Below are positions 1 to 8,873 of a DNA stretch of 64,000 nt, piece after piece. Position 1 is the stretch's first letter; each line of letters starts with the position of its first letter. The stretch comes from an uncultured delta proteobacterium. Its GTDB lineage: Bacteria > Desulfobacterota > Binatia > UBA9968. The DNA lies in assembly GCA_963804165.1 (NCBI GenBank), contig CAWDPO010000019.1:1-64000 (forward strand). Direction: 5' to 3'. A model generated the notes under the pieces. That model had not been told where the DNA came from. It did no database searches and saw only the letters and a program-made list of their open reading frames with translations. The position numbers and the translations under genes were made by a program.

Positions 1-13
1 ACCCTGCATGCGG

Positions 14-53
14 GCTTCGGAGAATCTACCTTCTACGAGGTTGGGTGAATAGG
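14..53 (+). repeat. Intergenic repeat copy 1 (CTTCGGAGAAT...GGGTGAATAG)
   Basis: Same motif recurs at 596-781, 1730-1795, 2283-2324 and 3148-3215 in the same orientation. Confidence 0.8.
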
Positions 54-55
54 GA

Positions 56-100
56 CAAGAAAAAGGGCCGGGGCCTCCTAGAAGAAAGGATCCCGGCCCC
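56..100 (-). terminator. Intrinsic terminator downstream of the SnoaL-like gene
   Basis: Minus strand GGGCCGGG...CCCGGCCC stem followed by TTTTTCTT. Confidence 0.6.
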
Positions 101-111
101 TGCTTAGCCGT

Positions 112-510
112 TTACCCGAGCGACTGTAAGAAGGTGGCCGTGTCCACGTAGTTGCGGTGGTGCACCACCTTTCCATCGCGCAACGTCCACACGTGGGCGT
201 AGGGAGCGTCGATCGTCCTGCCGGTCGCCTTGCCCCTGACTCTGAAGTGGCCCAACACGATCACGCGGTCGCCCGCGTCCAAGAACTCATCTGCCACGGC
301 TTGGAACTCGTCCCAATGCTCCGCCACAGCCCCGAAGACTTCGTTGGCGACAGCTTCGGAGCCATGGTGCGTACCCCGGTCCGGCAGCCCCTCCACATCG
401 GGCTCTTGCCATTCTATTTCTGGGTCCAAGAGGCCCATCACGGCCTCGATGTCGCCCCGGTTGAACGCCTCGTACCCCTGGCGCATGATGTTCACGTTCT
501 CTTCGGACAT
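112..510 (-). CDS. NTF2/SnoaL-like (ketosteroid isomerase-like) protein
   Basis: MSEENV..YEAFNRGD..DAGDRVIVLG..HVWTLRDGKV signature. Confidence 0.9.
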   Translation of the reverse strand: MSEENVNIMRQGYEAFNRGDIEAVMGLLDPEIEWQEPDVEGLPDRGTHHGSEAVANEVFGAVAEHWDEFQAVADEFLDAGDRVIVLGHFRVRGKATGRTIDAPYAHVWTLRDGKVVHHRNYVDTATFLQSLG

Positions 511-595
511 ACCCTCATCTCTTTTTCCGGCCTGCTTGCTCGGCGGGCCACCCTTTCCACCGCAAGCATGATGCCATCGCTACATTAACACGGAC

Positions 596-781
596 GCAAC
601 TTCGGAGAATTCACCAGCGTGTTGAAAAACCCCTTTGCGCTCACTTCGGCCCCCTAAACGGGGGCCGATTACGCTGTCTTGGTAGTGTTTCGGCCTTGTT
701 TTGGGGCTCTTTTGGACCGCCGACCGGGCCAACATCTACTTTTTCAACACGCTGTCCCCTTCCACGCACTCCTGTGAATAG
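596..781 (+). repeat. Intergenic repeat copy 2, interrupted by a MITE
   Basis: GCAACTTCGGAGAATTCAC [insert] TCCCCTTCCACGCACTCCTGTGAATAG. Confidence 0.8.
615..754. mobile_element. 140-bp MITE with perfect 15-bp terminal inverted repeats
   Basis: CAGCGTGTTGAAAAA (615-629) / TTTTTCAACACGCTG (740-754); flanks TCAC/TCCC look like a 4-bp TSD with one mismatch; no internal transposase. Confidence 0.8.
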
Positions 782-1631
782 GATCGGAGTACCTGCTCTG
801 CCTAAAGTGCCGCTGGTTGCATCGCATCCGCGATATCCCCGCTACCGAGATGGAGCGCGTGCAGCACTCCGAGTCGCACTCGCTTACGAGGTGCGGAAGC
901 CGGCGAGCGAGCAGGACCCCGGCGACGCCGCTGACCAGCAACCCCGAGAACCGCCCAGCCGGTATGAACCAGACCCCATGATCCGTCACGAAGTAAAGCG
1001 ACGATAGCAGGCCCGCTGTAGCCGAGACAAGCCCGGCTATCGCTAGCGGCCGGGGCAACTCGCCGGTACGCAGCCCAGCCAGCCCCAGGGCGCCAACCAA
1101 CACCCCGAAGCCGGCGCTGAACCGGACCCCCAGCGGCGAACATCAGCCGGTGCAGGGCGGCGGCGCTAACATCCTGCTCTCCCCGGCTACCAGTGAGCGC
1201 CGCCGCGCACAGCGCCGAAGTCGCCAGCGACGCGGCGGCTAGCACGCCACCACTGACTGCCGTCGCCCGCAGCCCTCGCGACCCCCGTTCCGACTGCTCG
1301 GCCAGCTTCGCCACCGACGCGGTGAACCATGCCAGAGAGGTCGCGGAGACTAACTGGCCAACCACGCTCACCCGAGCCGCGCCGGACTCCCTCTAAAGTA
1401 CCGGCGAACGTCCGCCGGTTGCGCGCCCCGACGGGGATAGGGAGAGTCCGACAGGGCTACAGCTCCGGCTACGCTGGCGATGAAGCTGGCGCCTGCCAAG
1501 GGACCGCTCAGTGCTCCGGGTACGCGCAACGAGGTAGCGACGTCTAACCCGACTTGTACCTTGCGACCGTCCGACGATAGTCCCGCCCTGAGGCGCTCTA
1601 TCAGCTCGTGTGTCGGAAGTGGTTGGTCCAT
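744..1631 (-). CDS. Multi-pass membrane protein, split over three frames (true 3' end uncertain)
   Basis: Hydrophobic segments continue across ORFs 1368-1631, 802-1371 and 744-1103; two frameshifts. Confidence 0.55.
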
Positions 1632-1729
1632 GCTCTATACCTCCGAAGATTGGGGGCCGGGGCTCCCCGCAGGATACCCCAGCCACTGCTTCTCCGCGGC
1701 CCGAAGTGCCCCGGACCTAGAAGATGCCA

Positions 1730-1795
1730 GCGAACTTCGTAGAACTCCGTACAGGCGAAGTTCGCGGATCTTCCTTCCCGACGTTGACTGAATAG
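1730..1795 (+). repeat. Intergenic repeat copy 3 (long form with an extra 25-bp unit)
   Basis: GCGAACTTCG at 1730, GCGAAGTTCG at 1755, ends TGAATAG. Confidence 0.75.
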
Positions 1796-1812
1796 ACGGG
1801 CTTTAAGCGCAG

Positions 1813-2204
1813 TCAGGTACGCGGCTTCTTGGCGATCGAGGGCGTTGCCATCCGGGTCCCTGAAGTAGGCGACCTCGGCTCCCCCCTCGAACCTGGCGAT
1901 GCCCTTCTCGTCCGTGATGATAGGTCCTACGTCGTAGTGCTCGAAGGCTACGCCCTTCGAGGTCAGCTCCTCGACGACCCCCTCAACGTCGTCTACGTAC
2001 CAGCTGGCCAGTGTCGCTATCGACTTGCCTGCGTGCTCCGGCGAGAGGTAGACGTGCAATAGCTCCCCTCCGCGCACCGGTACGCCACGTTGTCGCCCGA
2101 GTCGATGCCCACCGAGAGGCCCAGCTTGCTTTCGTAGAACTCTCTGGCACGGTCCATCTTGAGACCGCCAACCCTGCGACCACCTTGTACTCGCTCAAGC
2201 TCAT
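1813..2204 (-). CDS. VOC/glyoxalase family protein (frameshifted)
   Basis: MSLSEYKV..DRAREFYESKLGL..WYVDDVEGVVEELTSKGVAF..AYFRDPDGN spread over three frames. Confidence 0.8.
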
Positions 2205-2282
2205 GGGAAGACCCCCTCCAACCCAGTGTCCCGACCAACATTCGGCACGCTTAGTATCCTCAGGACGCACGTTTCTGCATCA

Positions 2283-2324
2283 GCGAACTCGGAGACTCCC
2301 CCTTCCACGCACTCCGGTGAATAG
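2283..2324 (+). repeat. Intergenic repeat copy 4
   Basis: GCGAACTCGGAGACTCCCCCTTCCACGCACTCCGGTGAATAG. Confidence 0.8.
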
Positions 2325-2393
2325 AGTGCTCTTGTATGGTTCTTGATAGCATGGCCCTTGCAAGCGGGTGGCCACTAAAAAGGAGGCAAGGGC

Positions 2394-2775
2394 ATGTCCA
2401 GCAGACCACACCCCGGGTCGGAGCGCCCTTTGCACGGCCCGCTGCAGAGGTTCGATCTGGGAGCCGAGGTAGGCCATCTGATGGAGGAGGGAGCTTGGCA
2501 GCGAGGGCAGCGCAACTCCATCACCCTGCGTAAGGGCGAGGGCATGAGCGTGGTGCTCCTGGTCATGAAAGCCGGAGATAGGCTCGGAACACGCCGCACC
2601 GGGCCCCTTGAGCCTGAGCGTCCGGGAGGGGCGCATCCGCTTCATGGTGGCTGAGGAGGTGGAGGAGAAGGTGGCAGAGGCGGGATCTGATACTCTGCTC
2701 ACCTGCGACGCTGGGGTAAGGCACACGGTGGAAGCCTTCAGCGACGCGGTGTGCCTGCTCACCATCGCCGGGTAG
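2394..2775 (+). CDS. Cupin-domain protein (one frameshift near 2590)
   Basis: TLRKGEGMSVVLLVMKAGDRL..H..PGPLSLSVREGRIRF..CDAGVRHTVEAFSDAVCLLTI. Confidence 0.75.
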
Positions 2776-2784
2776 CGAGAAGAG

Positions 2785-2991
2785 CTACCCTTCTAGCAGC
2801 TTCAGCGCCCGCCGAGTGAAGAAGTAGAGCGCGTAGCCGTGGGGGTGCTCCTCGCCGACGTCGAAGGCCGTGTGCTCATCCCCCACCAACGCGCCCTCCT
2901 CAAGGAGGTAGCTCAAGGCGTGGTGGTAACGCTCGGAGCCGACATCGCCTACGTCCAGCCCGGCCTCGTGGGCTGCCCTGGTTGGGTCCAC
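2785..2991 (-). CDS. Hypothetical protein; the frame extends upstream to ~3075
   Basis: Open frame with plausible codon usage; AGGAG upstream near 3083. Confidence 0.5.
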   Translation of the reverse strand: MDPTRAAHEAGLDVGDVGSERYHHALSYLLEEGALVGDEHTAFDVGEEHPHGYALYFFTRRALKLLEG

Positions 2992-3147
2992 CCTGGCTCC
3001 CGCTCGGCCGTGGGCTTGGGTTGCGTTGATGGCCCGAAGCAGCTGCAGCCCGTCGCTCTTTGCCTGCTCATCGATGGTGGTTCTCCTTTAGAGCTCATAC
3101 GAAGCTGCGAACATCTTACGCTACCAAGAGGGGCTCCGGGCAGTGAC

Positions 3148-3215
3148 GCTAACTTTCGAGAACGCCGTCTAGGCGAGGTTCACAGAATTTGCCTTTCACG
3201 CACTCTGGTGAATAA
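3148..3215 (+). repeat. Intergenic repeat copy 5 (long form)
   Basis: GCTAACTTTCGAGAAC at 3148, GCGAGGTTCACAGAAT at 3173, ends CACGCACTCTGGTGAATA. Confidence 0.75.
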
Positions 3216-3230
3216 GGCGCCAACCTCCTA

Positions 3231-3632
3231 CTATGAGGGTGCGTCTTGGGCTTCTCCACCGATCAGGTCGCAGTCATCCAGCCGCAGGCACTCGCAGCGC
3301 AGCCCCTTCTCCAGGAGGACCTTCATGCCCAGGGCCCGCTTCACCAAACCCTCGACCTCAGGGAGCTTCGCTGGGCAAGAACCCGCCAGCGCTCGGAGGG
3401 TGGGGTGCCCTCGGAGAACCCGTCCAAGAGCGTTCCGATCTCGGAGATGGTGAACCCGGCTTGTTGGGCGACCCGAACGACGGCCATGCGGTCGAGCACC
3501 TCGCGCAGCACCTCTTCGTCGTAGCGTCTGCGACCGTTCTCCCGCTGGGAGCAGGCAACAGCCCCACGCCCTCGTAGTAGCGCAGCGCCGATGGCCTGAC
3601 GCCCGCCCTCCGAGCCACCTCTCCGATCTCAT
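3231..3632 (-). CDS. MerR-family (SoxR-like) regulator, frameshifted
   Basis: IGEVARRAGVRPSALRYYE HTH; AQQAGFTISEI; C-terminal CECLRLDDC cysteine cluster. Confidence 0.85.
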   Translation of the reverse strand: MRSERWLGGRASGHRRCATTRAWGCCLLPAGERSQTLRRRGAARGARPHGRRSGRPTSRVHHLRDRNALGRVLRGHPTLRALAGSCPAKLPEVEGLVKRALGMKVLLEKGLRCECLRLDDCDLIGGEAQDAPS

Positions 3633-3654
3633 GCTATCCACCGCGGCTTCCTCC

Positions 3655-3685
3655 TTGACTTAAAGCGTGCTTTAACAGGTATAGT
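3655..3685 (+). promoter_or_regulatory. MerR-type promoter/operator
   Basis: TTGACT-19 bp-TATAGT with the dyad TTAAAGC-gt-GCTTTAA in the spacer, between merR and the divergent gene. Confidence 0.85.
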
Positions 3686-3723
3686 CGAGGCCGCCATGCA
3701 CGAACCGTGAGCGAGGAGACCCT

Positions 3724-4065
3724 ATGAACGGTGAAGCAGCACACGAGAGGATCGAGGTTCCCCTCGCCTGTAGGTGGTCGGCTCTCAGCACCGTGCAGCA
3801 GGAGCGCCAGCGAGCCTTGTACCGACAACTGCGTGCGGACGTGGAAGAGGTAGTGGAGTTGGAAGACGGCTACGCCTTCAGGCACTCCCCCGACAGAGTG
3901 GTGCTGCTGGCCGTAGCGGAGTTCGTCTCCAACGAGCGCCTGTGCTGCCCCTTCTTCGAGTTCGGGATCACCGTCGAGCGCGACGGCGGGCCGGTGTGGT
4001 TACGCATGAGGGGCGAGGGCGAGGCCAAGCGTCTCCTGGAGGCCGAGGCGGGCATCGGCGCCTGA
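3724..4065 (+). CDS. Conserved hypothetical protein (ERxCCPFF motif), likely MerR target
   Basis: GAGGAG RBS; LAC..ELEDGYAF..ERLCCPFFEF. Confidence 0.75.
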   Translation: MNGEAAHERIEVPLACRWSALSTVQQERQRALYRQLRADVEEVVELEDGYAFRHSPDRVVLLAVAEFVSNERLCCPFFEFGITVERDGGPVWLRMRGEGEAKRLLEAEAGIGA

Positions 4066-4102
4066 AGATCCGGCTACCCCGCATCGGGCTGGTACCAAGT
4101 AG

Positions 4103-4625
4103 TTACATACGTGCTAGCCGCTCCAGCCGTTGGCAAACAAGGTAGGGTCGACCTCGGAAGGTCCGGTAACTTGAGTTGCTTGATCAATGCGATGTCGTAC
4201 GACTTCTCGTAGATGATGCTGTTCACGTCGGCTATTGTGATGCGCTCGGGGTGGGCTCGTATGAGATCGAAGCCGTCGCCCGCAGCCACCAACCCCTCTG
4301 ACAACACGCGCATATAAAAGCCCGTGTAGCCGACGTTCGCCATCAGCTTGGGCAGCATCGTCGAACCATTCTTTCCCGCCACCTTGGCGCACGGCATGCG
4401 CGGCTGGCTGACCTGCACCCTCGCCTCCCCGATCCGGAACACATCGCCCACGCACACCTCGGTTTCTATAGCCCCCGAGACGGTGAGGTTCTCGCTGAAG
4501 GCGCCGGGCTGAAGGTCGCGTGATACCTTTCTACTCCAGTATGGGTAATGGTCGAATGGGTAGACGCACACCGCCTTCTCAAGCCCCCGTGGTTGACCTG
4601 ATCGGCCTGCAGGTCCCCGTCGACA
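4103..4625 (-). CDS. MOSC-domain (YiiM-like) protein, 5'-truncated at the sequence junction and frameshifted
   Basis: DGDLQAD..HGG..KAVCVYPFDHYPYW..GAFSENLT..QVSQPRMPC..TGFYMRVLSEG. Confidence 0.85.
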
Positions 4626-4686
4626 CGCCTTGTCTTCGGTTCTTCAATCGAAAATCGGCAATCTAAAATCTAAAATTAGTTTTCAG

Positions 4687-5871
4687 TCATCCTTGCTCGG
4701 TGACCAATGCAAGAACTCCCGTGTACGCGAACAAATGATTGGCGCGCCCCAGCGGCGCCAGTTCGTAGCCACCGAACATACCGATTAGCGGCACATCGCC
4801 GAGCGCCTGCCGAATATAAGCGGAATCGATACCGGGAATACCGTAGAGAGAATTGCCGCGGGCGCAACAGTTGAAATATAAGCCGAAAGCCGGGCTTCTC
4901 CCTCCGAGCGCCTGAACTTGCCGGCGCAGCATTTGACTCAGATCCTCACGCGCGCGCTGGCCGTCGCGCATGGTAAAGATCATCGCCTCGCCTTCGCTGA
5001 CTTCGTCGGTGACAGCCAAGACGCCTTTGTCCGGATCCAAGCCATAAATATTGCGGACCAGATACTTACCCGGCGCCACGCTATTTTCCTGCCGATCCGC
5101 GGGTAGACCCACGAACAAGACCAACAAGGCGCGGCGGACATCTTCGGCGAGGGGTCCCTTGAGCAACTTGGCAAAGGCTTCGATCGCCGGACGGCCGTTG
5201 ATTTCGTAAATCAGATTACCGTCGGCCTTGGTAATCACCATGGGTTCGGATATCGGTTGGCACCCTTGAGTGATGTCAACATGAACGTTGAATTCACCGG
5301 AGAGATATACGCCGGCTACGGAATTGCTCGCAACTTTATCGCCGCAAAGCTGAAACGTCGCTCCTGCCGCGCCGTTTTCCGTCGCGCCTGCGCCGATCAC
5401 GGGATGAAAGCCGGCTTTGCCCGTCATGCTTTGAAGCAGTGGCTGCGGGTTCCCGTTATAGGAATCCGGAAGCAAGATCATGAGCGATTTTTCATCCTGC
5501 GTCTTGGCGACGAATTCGCCGAAACTCGCCCCCAGGTGGGTTTCGTTGCCTTTGAGGGGTTCGAAAATAAATGGCCGGCCGATCATTGCGTCCGAGGCGA
5601 CGGCAAGCACTGCGACGCCGCTGCTGCCCTCGATCTCGCCCTCGCCCGTCAGAATACCCGCGCCGCTGCAGCCGACCACGCAATCAGTGCCCGTTGAGCG
5701 AATTAGCGATGCGACAACTTCCCGCGGGCGAGCGCCATGATCCGCCGTGAAAAAGATCATCGCTAAATCGGCCCGCGATATCCCGGCGCGCGTCATCGAC
5801 TGGCTTGCAGCCTCTTCGACGGCCTGCTTAGTCGCTTGTTTCTGCGATTGACCGACTCCAGCTCGAATCAT
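4687..5871 (-). CDS. FIST N/C-domain protein
   Basis: VGCSGAGI..TQGCQPI..YFNCCARG..GMFGGYE motifs. Confidence 0.88.
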   Translation of the reverse strand: MIRAGVGQSQKQATKQAVEEAASQSMTRAGISRADLAMIFFTADHGARPREVVASLIRSTGTDCVVGCSGAGILTGEGEIEGSSGVAVLAVASDAMIGRPFIFEPLKGNETHLGASFGEFVAKTQDEKSLMILLPDSYNGNPQPLLQSMTGKAGFHPVIGAGATENGAAGATFQLCGDKVASNSVAGVYLSGEFNVHVDITQGCQPISEPMVITKADGNLIYEINGRPAIEAFAKLLKGPLAEDVRRALLVLFVGLPADRQENSVAPGKYLVRNIYGLDPDKGVLAVTDEVSEGEAMIFTMRDGQRAREDLSQMLRRQVQALGGRSPAFGLYFNCCARGNSLYGIPGIDSAYIRQALGDVPLIGMFGGYELAPLGRANHLFAYTGVLALVTEQG

Positions 5872-6006
5872 GATATCGATACTATAGGAATGTCCGTCGT
5901 CGAGGGTCAAGGGCAATAAGCCGTCGCATGGCGATTTGAAAATGTTCCCTGTTGGGACTAATATTCACGATAACTTAAACCTCATCAATCAGGTCGACTA
6001 CCAAAT

Positions 6007-6774
6007 ATGAAAATTGTTCAGATTCCGTTGCTGCGTGACAACTACGGCTACCTGCTTGTTTGCGAAAAAACCAAGAATGCCGCCATCGTCGACCCCTCCG
6101 AAGCGGATCCGGTGCTCGCCCGGATCGCCAAGGAACAGGTCCCGCTCGTGGCGATTCTCAACACCCATCATCACCGCGATCACACCGGCGGAAATGAAGG
6201 GATCCTCGCGGTGCACAAAGCCGAAGTCTACGGCCACAAGAGTGACAGCGCCAGGATTGCCGGATTGAGCCGCGGCGTCGATGAGGGCGATGAAATACAG
6301 GTCGGCGAGATGAAAGGCAGAGTTCTTTTCATTCCCGGCCATACCACCGGCCACGTCGCTTATCTTTTCGAGAATAACCTGTTCTGCGGCGACACGTTGT
6401 TTACGGCGGGCTGCGGCCGCCTCTTCGAAGGCACGCCGGAACAGATGCAGTCTTCACTCAAGAAACTAATGGACCTATCGGATAACACTAAAGTTTACTG
6501 CGGGCATGAATACACCGAGAGCAATCTGCGTTTCGCCGTTTCAGTGGAGCCGAAAAATCCCAAGCTAGTGTCGCGCTTCGAGCGCATCCAAGGCTTGCGC
6601 GCGCGCGGTACGTCGACGGTGCCATCGACGTTGGAAGAAGAGAAGCAAACCAACCCGTTTTTGCGCTGGGACAGCAAGGAAATTCAAGCGCACGTGAAGT
6701 CGGCGAACCCGTCTGCCCGCCTCGATCCGGTCTCAGTTTTCGCCGCAGTGAGAAAAATGAAAGACGCCTTCTAG
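6007..6774 (+). CDS. gloB: Hydroxyacylglutathione hydrolase (glyoxalase II)
   Basis: THHHRDHTGG, PGHT, GDTLF..GCGR, CGHEYT, EKQTNPF. Confidence 0.95.
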   Translation: MKIVQIPLLRDNYGYLLVCEKTKNAAIVDPSEADPVLARIAKEQVPLVAILNTHHHRDHTGGNEGILAVHKAEVYGHKSDSARIAGLSRGVDEGDEIQVGEMKGRVLFIPGHTTGHVAYLFENNLFCGDTLFTAGCGRLFEGTPEQMQSSLKKLMDLSDNTKVYCGHEYTESNLRFAVSVEPKNPKLVSRFERIQGLRARGTSTVPSTLEEEKQTNPFLRWDSKEIQAHVKSANPSARLDPVSVFAAVRKMKDAF

Positions 6775-6806
6775 CTCTGACCCCTTTGCACTCCGCGCCT
6801 CCTTGT

Positions 6807-8873
6807 CTACTTTTCAGCTCGTCTCCTTGTCACCCGTTCTTGCTTTGCTACTCCCGTCCTTTGCGATGCATCTTGTCGACGGCGAATTCCCGGCCCGCTG
6901 CCGTGGCAAACAGCGCAGCTCTCGCGCCCGACGGATGCAATCTGCGCTTCCATGTGCGCTTTGGCGGGCTCGCCCGTGTGACACCCGACGCACGCGCTCA
7001 TAATCGGCGTTAACTGCCTGACAGACCCATCGGCCTGCTGTATCCGCGTCGGCAACGAGCCGTCCGGCAACGGCAGTTCATTGGCGCCTTTCTCATGGCA
7101 TTTGAGACAGTTGCGCCTGTCTCCGGGAAATCTGACTTCGCCTAGGTTGTTCGGCACCGGCGCTGCTTGCGGGCCGCCGTAGACGATGAAAGGCTCACCG
7201 AGATTCCGGCCCGTATGAATTCGGTGGATGAGCCGTTTAAAGTGCACGTTCTCCGGCGGCATCGGCCCCTTGGCGGTTTTTCGTTTATCCGCATCGGTGT
7301 GATTCGCGTTGTGGCACATGACGCAGAACTCGGTGTTGTTGCGCTGCTCGCCATGCAACTGCAGCTTTAAGTGACAGGCGTTGCAATTCTCCGTCTTCAC
7401 CGCCTTGCGTCTCGGTATCGCTTCCCTGTCCGTAATCGCAAAATACTTCACCACGTTGAGTCCGGCATTTCTTTGCCCTTTTTCGACGGCCGTGCCGTTG
7501 GGCCGCTTCACGGCGAATACCCGGTAGCCTTGTATGCCGACTGCGCCGGATCCGGTAGCGTCGGCGGGAATCGTGTAGTTAAACTTATACGTGTGAACGC
7601 CGTTACCCAGCGGCTGGGCTTTGCGCGCGTCCTCGATAATCTCCAATTTGTAGTCGCTCGTCGGCCACGCCAGCACCAAACCCAAGTTATTCATCTGCGC
7701 TGCATTCACCGGCTCGCCTTTATTATTCCTCAGGCTAAACGTCACGACGGGATTGGTTCCCGGTTTGCCGCCGTCGATTTTTAGTATCTCGAAAACAATT
7801 CCCGGCAGTTGCGCCGAGTTGCCCGGAAATACATGGGCGCCGGCAACGGAGGAGCCGAACTCCGGGCCATCGGACTGATGGCAATTGACACAGCTACCGT
7901 CAGCTGCGGGCCCTGGACCGTGCTTTTTGCCGGTCCTTAAATCGACGTCGTCATGACACGACACGCAGCCGGCGATCGAGGGAATCGACTTCCAGGACGT
8001 CGCCTTCGGATTGGCGTGGCAAGCGGTACAGTTGCGGTACTCTTTGGGAATCGTCTCCGTCACCACGGACTGCGGCGACACCACCGTGGAATAATCATAA
8101 ACGGTCTGGCGCGTGCCGACGACGAGATAGGGGTTCCCTGCTTTCACGCTGGCCAGATACTTACCCCGGTGCAGTTTGTGGACGAAGTATTTGAAATCTA
8201 AGTTTTCGCCGCTCTCCGGATCGACGAGCTGGGAAGTGTGGCAAAGCGCGCAATAGCCCGTCTCGCGTGCCGCACCGCCATGTGCGCGCAGGGGATCGTG
8301 GCAGGTATTACACGTGGCGGTTTCCGGCAAATCAAAACGTTCTCTAACTTTACCTCCGGCGGGGACGAATTCAAATAGAGGATTGGCGGCGTAGAGTCGA
8401 TTCCCGCGCGTAAGCTCGCCGCCGATCATGTGGATAGCACGCGCATTAAAGCCGGCCGGAAGCGCACTCTTGAAGGTGTAGCTGAACACTCCCGGCCGGA
8501 CGCGCGCCAACTTGCCGCCTTGGTCGGAGTCGGGTTGCAGCGTCTCGGTAACCACGGGTTTGCGCGTCTCGCCCTTGAAGAGGTAGTCTTTGCCGGCGAC
8601 TTTCCTAAGGAGGTAATTGTGATAGTCACGTTCGCCGTTCTTGCCCACGCGCAGCGTGGCGATGGTAAATTTCACGCTGTCGCGGTCGAGATCGTCGAGG
8701 TCGAGCGGCTTATCTTTCGCGTCGGTTATTTTAAAGGTTACTACCGGCCGTCGGTCGGTGGGAATTGCGACGGCGGTGATTTCCGCCTTGAGTCCGCCCC
8801 GCGCTGAAACCTGGCCGTAAACCGGCGCGGCCATTAACGCGAAAAACAGCCCTAGTGCCTCACGGAGTCGCAT
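6807..8873 (-). CDS. OmcA/MtrC-family decaheme c-type cytochrome (true stop probably 6848 after a 3' frameshift)
   Basis: Ten CxxCH motifs in two groups of five, each preceded by a beta-rich domain; HKLHRG / HRIHTG motifs; N-terminal signal peptide. Confidence 0.9.
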   Translation of the reverse strand: MRLREALGLFFALMAAPVYGQVSARGGLKAEITAVAIPTDRRPVVTFKITDAKDKPLDLDDLDRDSVKFTIATLRVGKNGERDYHNYLLRKVAGKDYLFKGETRKPVVTETLQPDSDQGGKLARVRPGVFSYTFKSALPAGFNARAIHMIGGELTRGNRLYAANPLFEFVPAGGKVRERFDLPETATCNTCHDPLRAHGGAARETGYCALCHTSQLVDPESGENLDFKYFVHKLHRGKYLASVKAGNPYLVVGTRQTVYDYSTVVSPQSVVTETIPKEYRNCTACHANPKATSWKSIPSIAGCVSCHDDVDLRTGKKHGPGPAADGSCVNCHQSDGPEFGSSVAGAHVFPGNSAQLPGIVFEILKIDGGKPGTNPVVTFSLRNNKGEPVNAAQMNNLGLVLAWPTSDYKLEIIEDARKAQPLGNGVHTYKFNYTIPADATGSGAVGIQGYRVFAVKRPNGTAVEKGQRNAGLNVVKYFAITDREAIPRRKAVKTENCNACHLKLQLHGEQRNNTEFCVMCHNANHTDADKRKTAKGPMPPENVHFKRLIHRIHTGRNLGEPFIVYGGPQAAPVPNNLGEVRFPGDRRNCLKCHEKGANELPLPDGSLPTRIQQADGSVRQLTPIMSACVGCHTGEPAKAHMEAQIASVGRESCAVCHGSGPGIRRRQDASQRTGVAKQERVTRRRAEK

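Noticed and set aside
14-3215. CRISPR array or canonical integron attC sites
   Set aside because: The intervals are gene-sized and the repeats degenerate, with no cas genes. There is no RYYYAAC/GTTRRRY palindrome and no intI.
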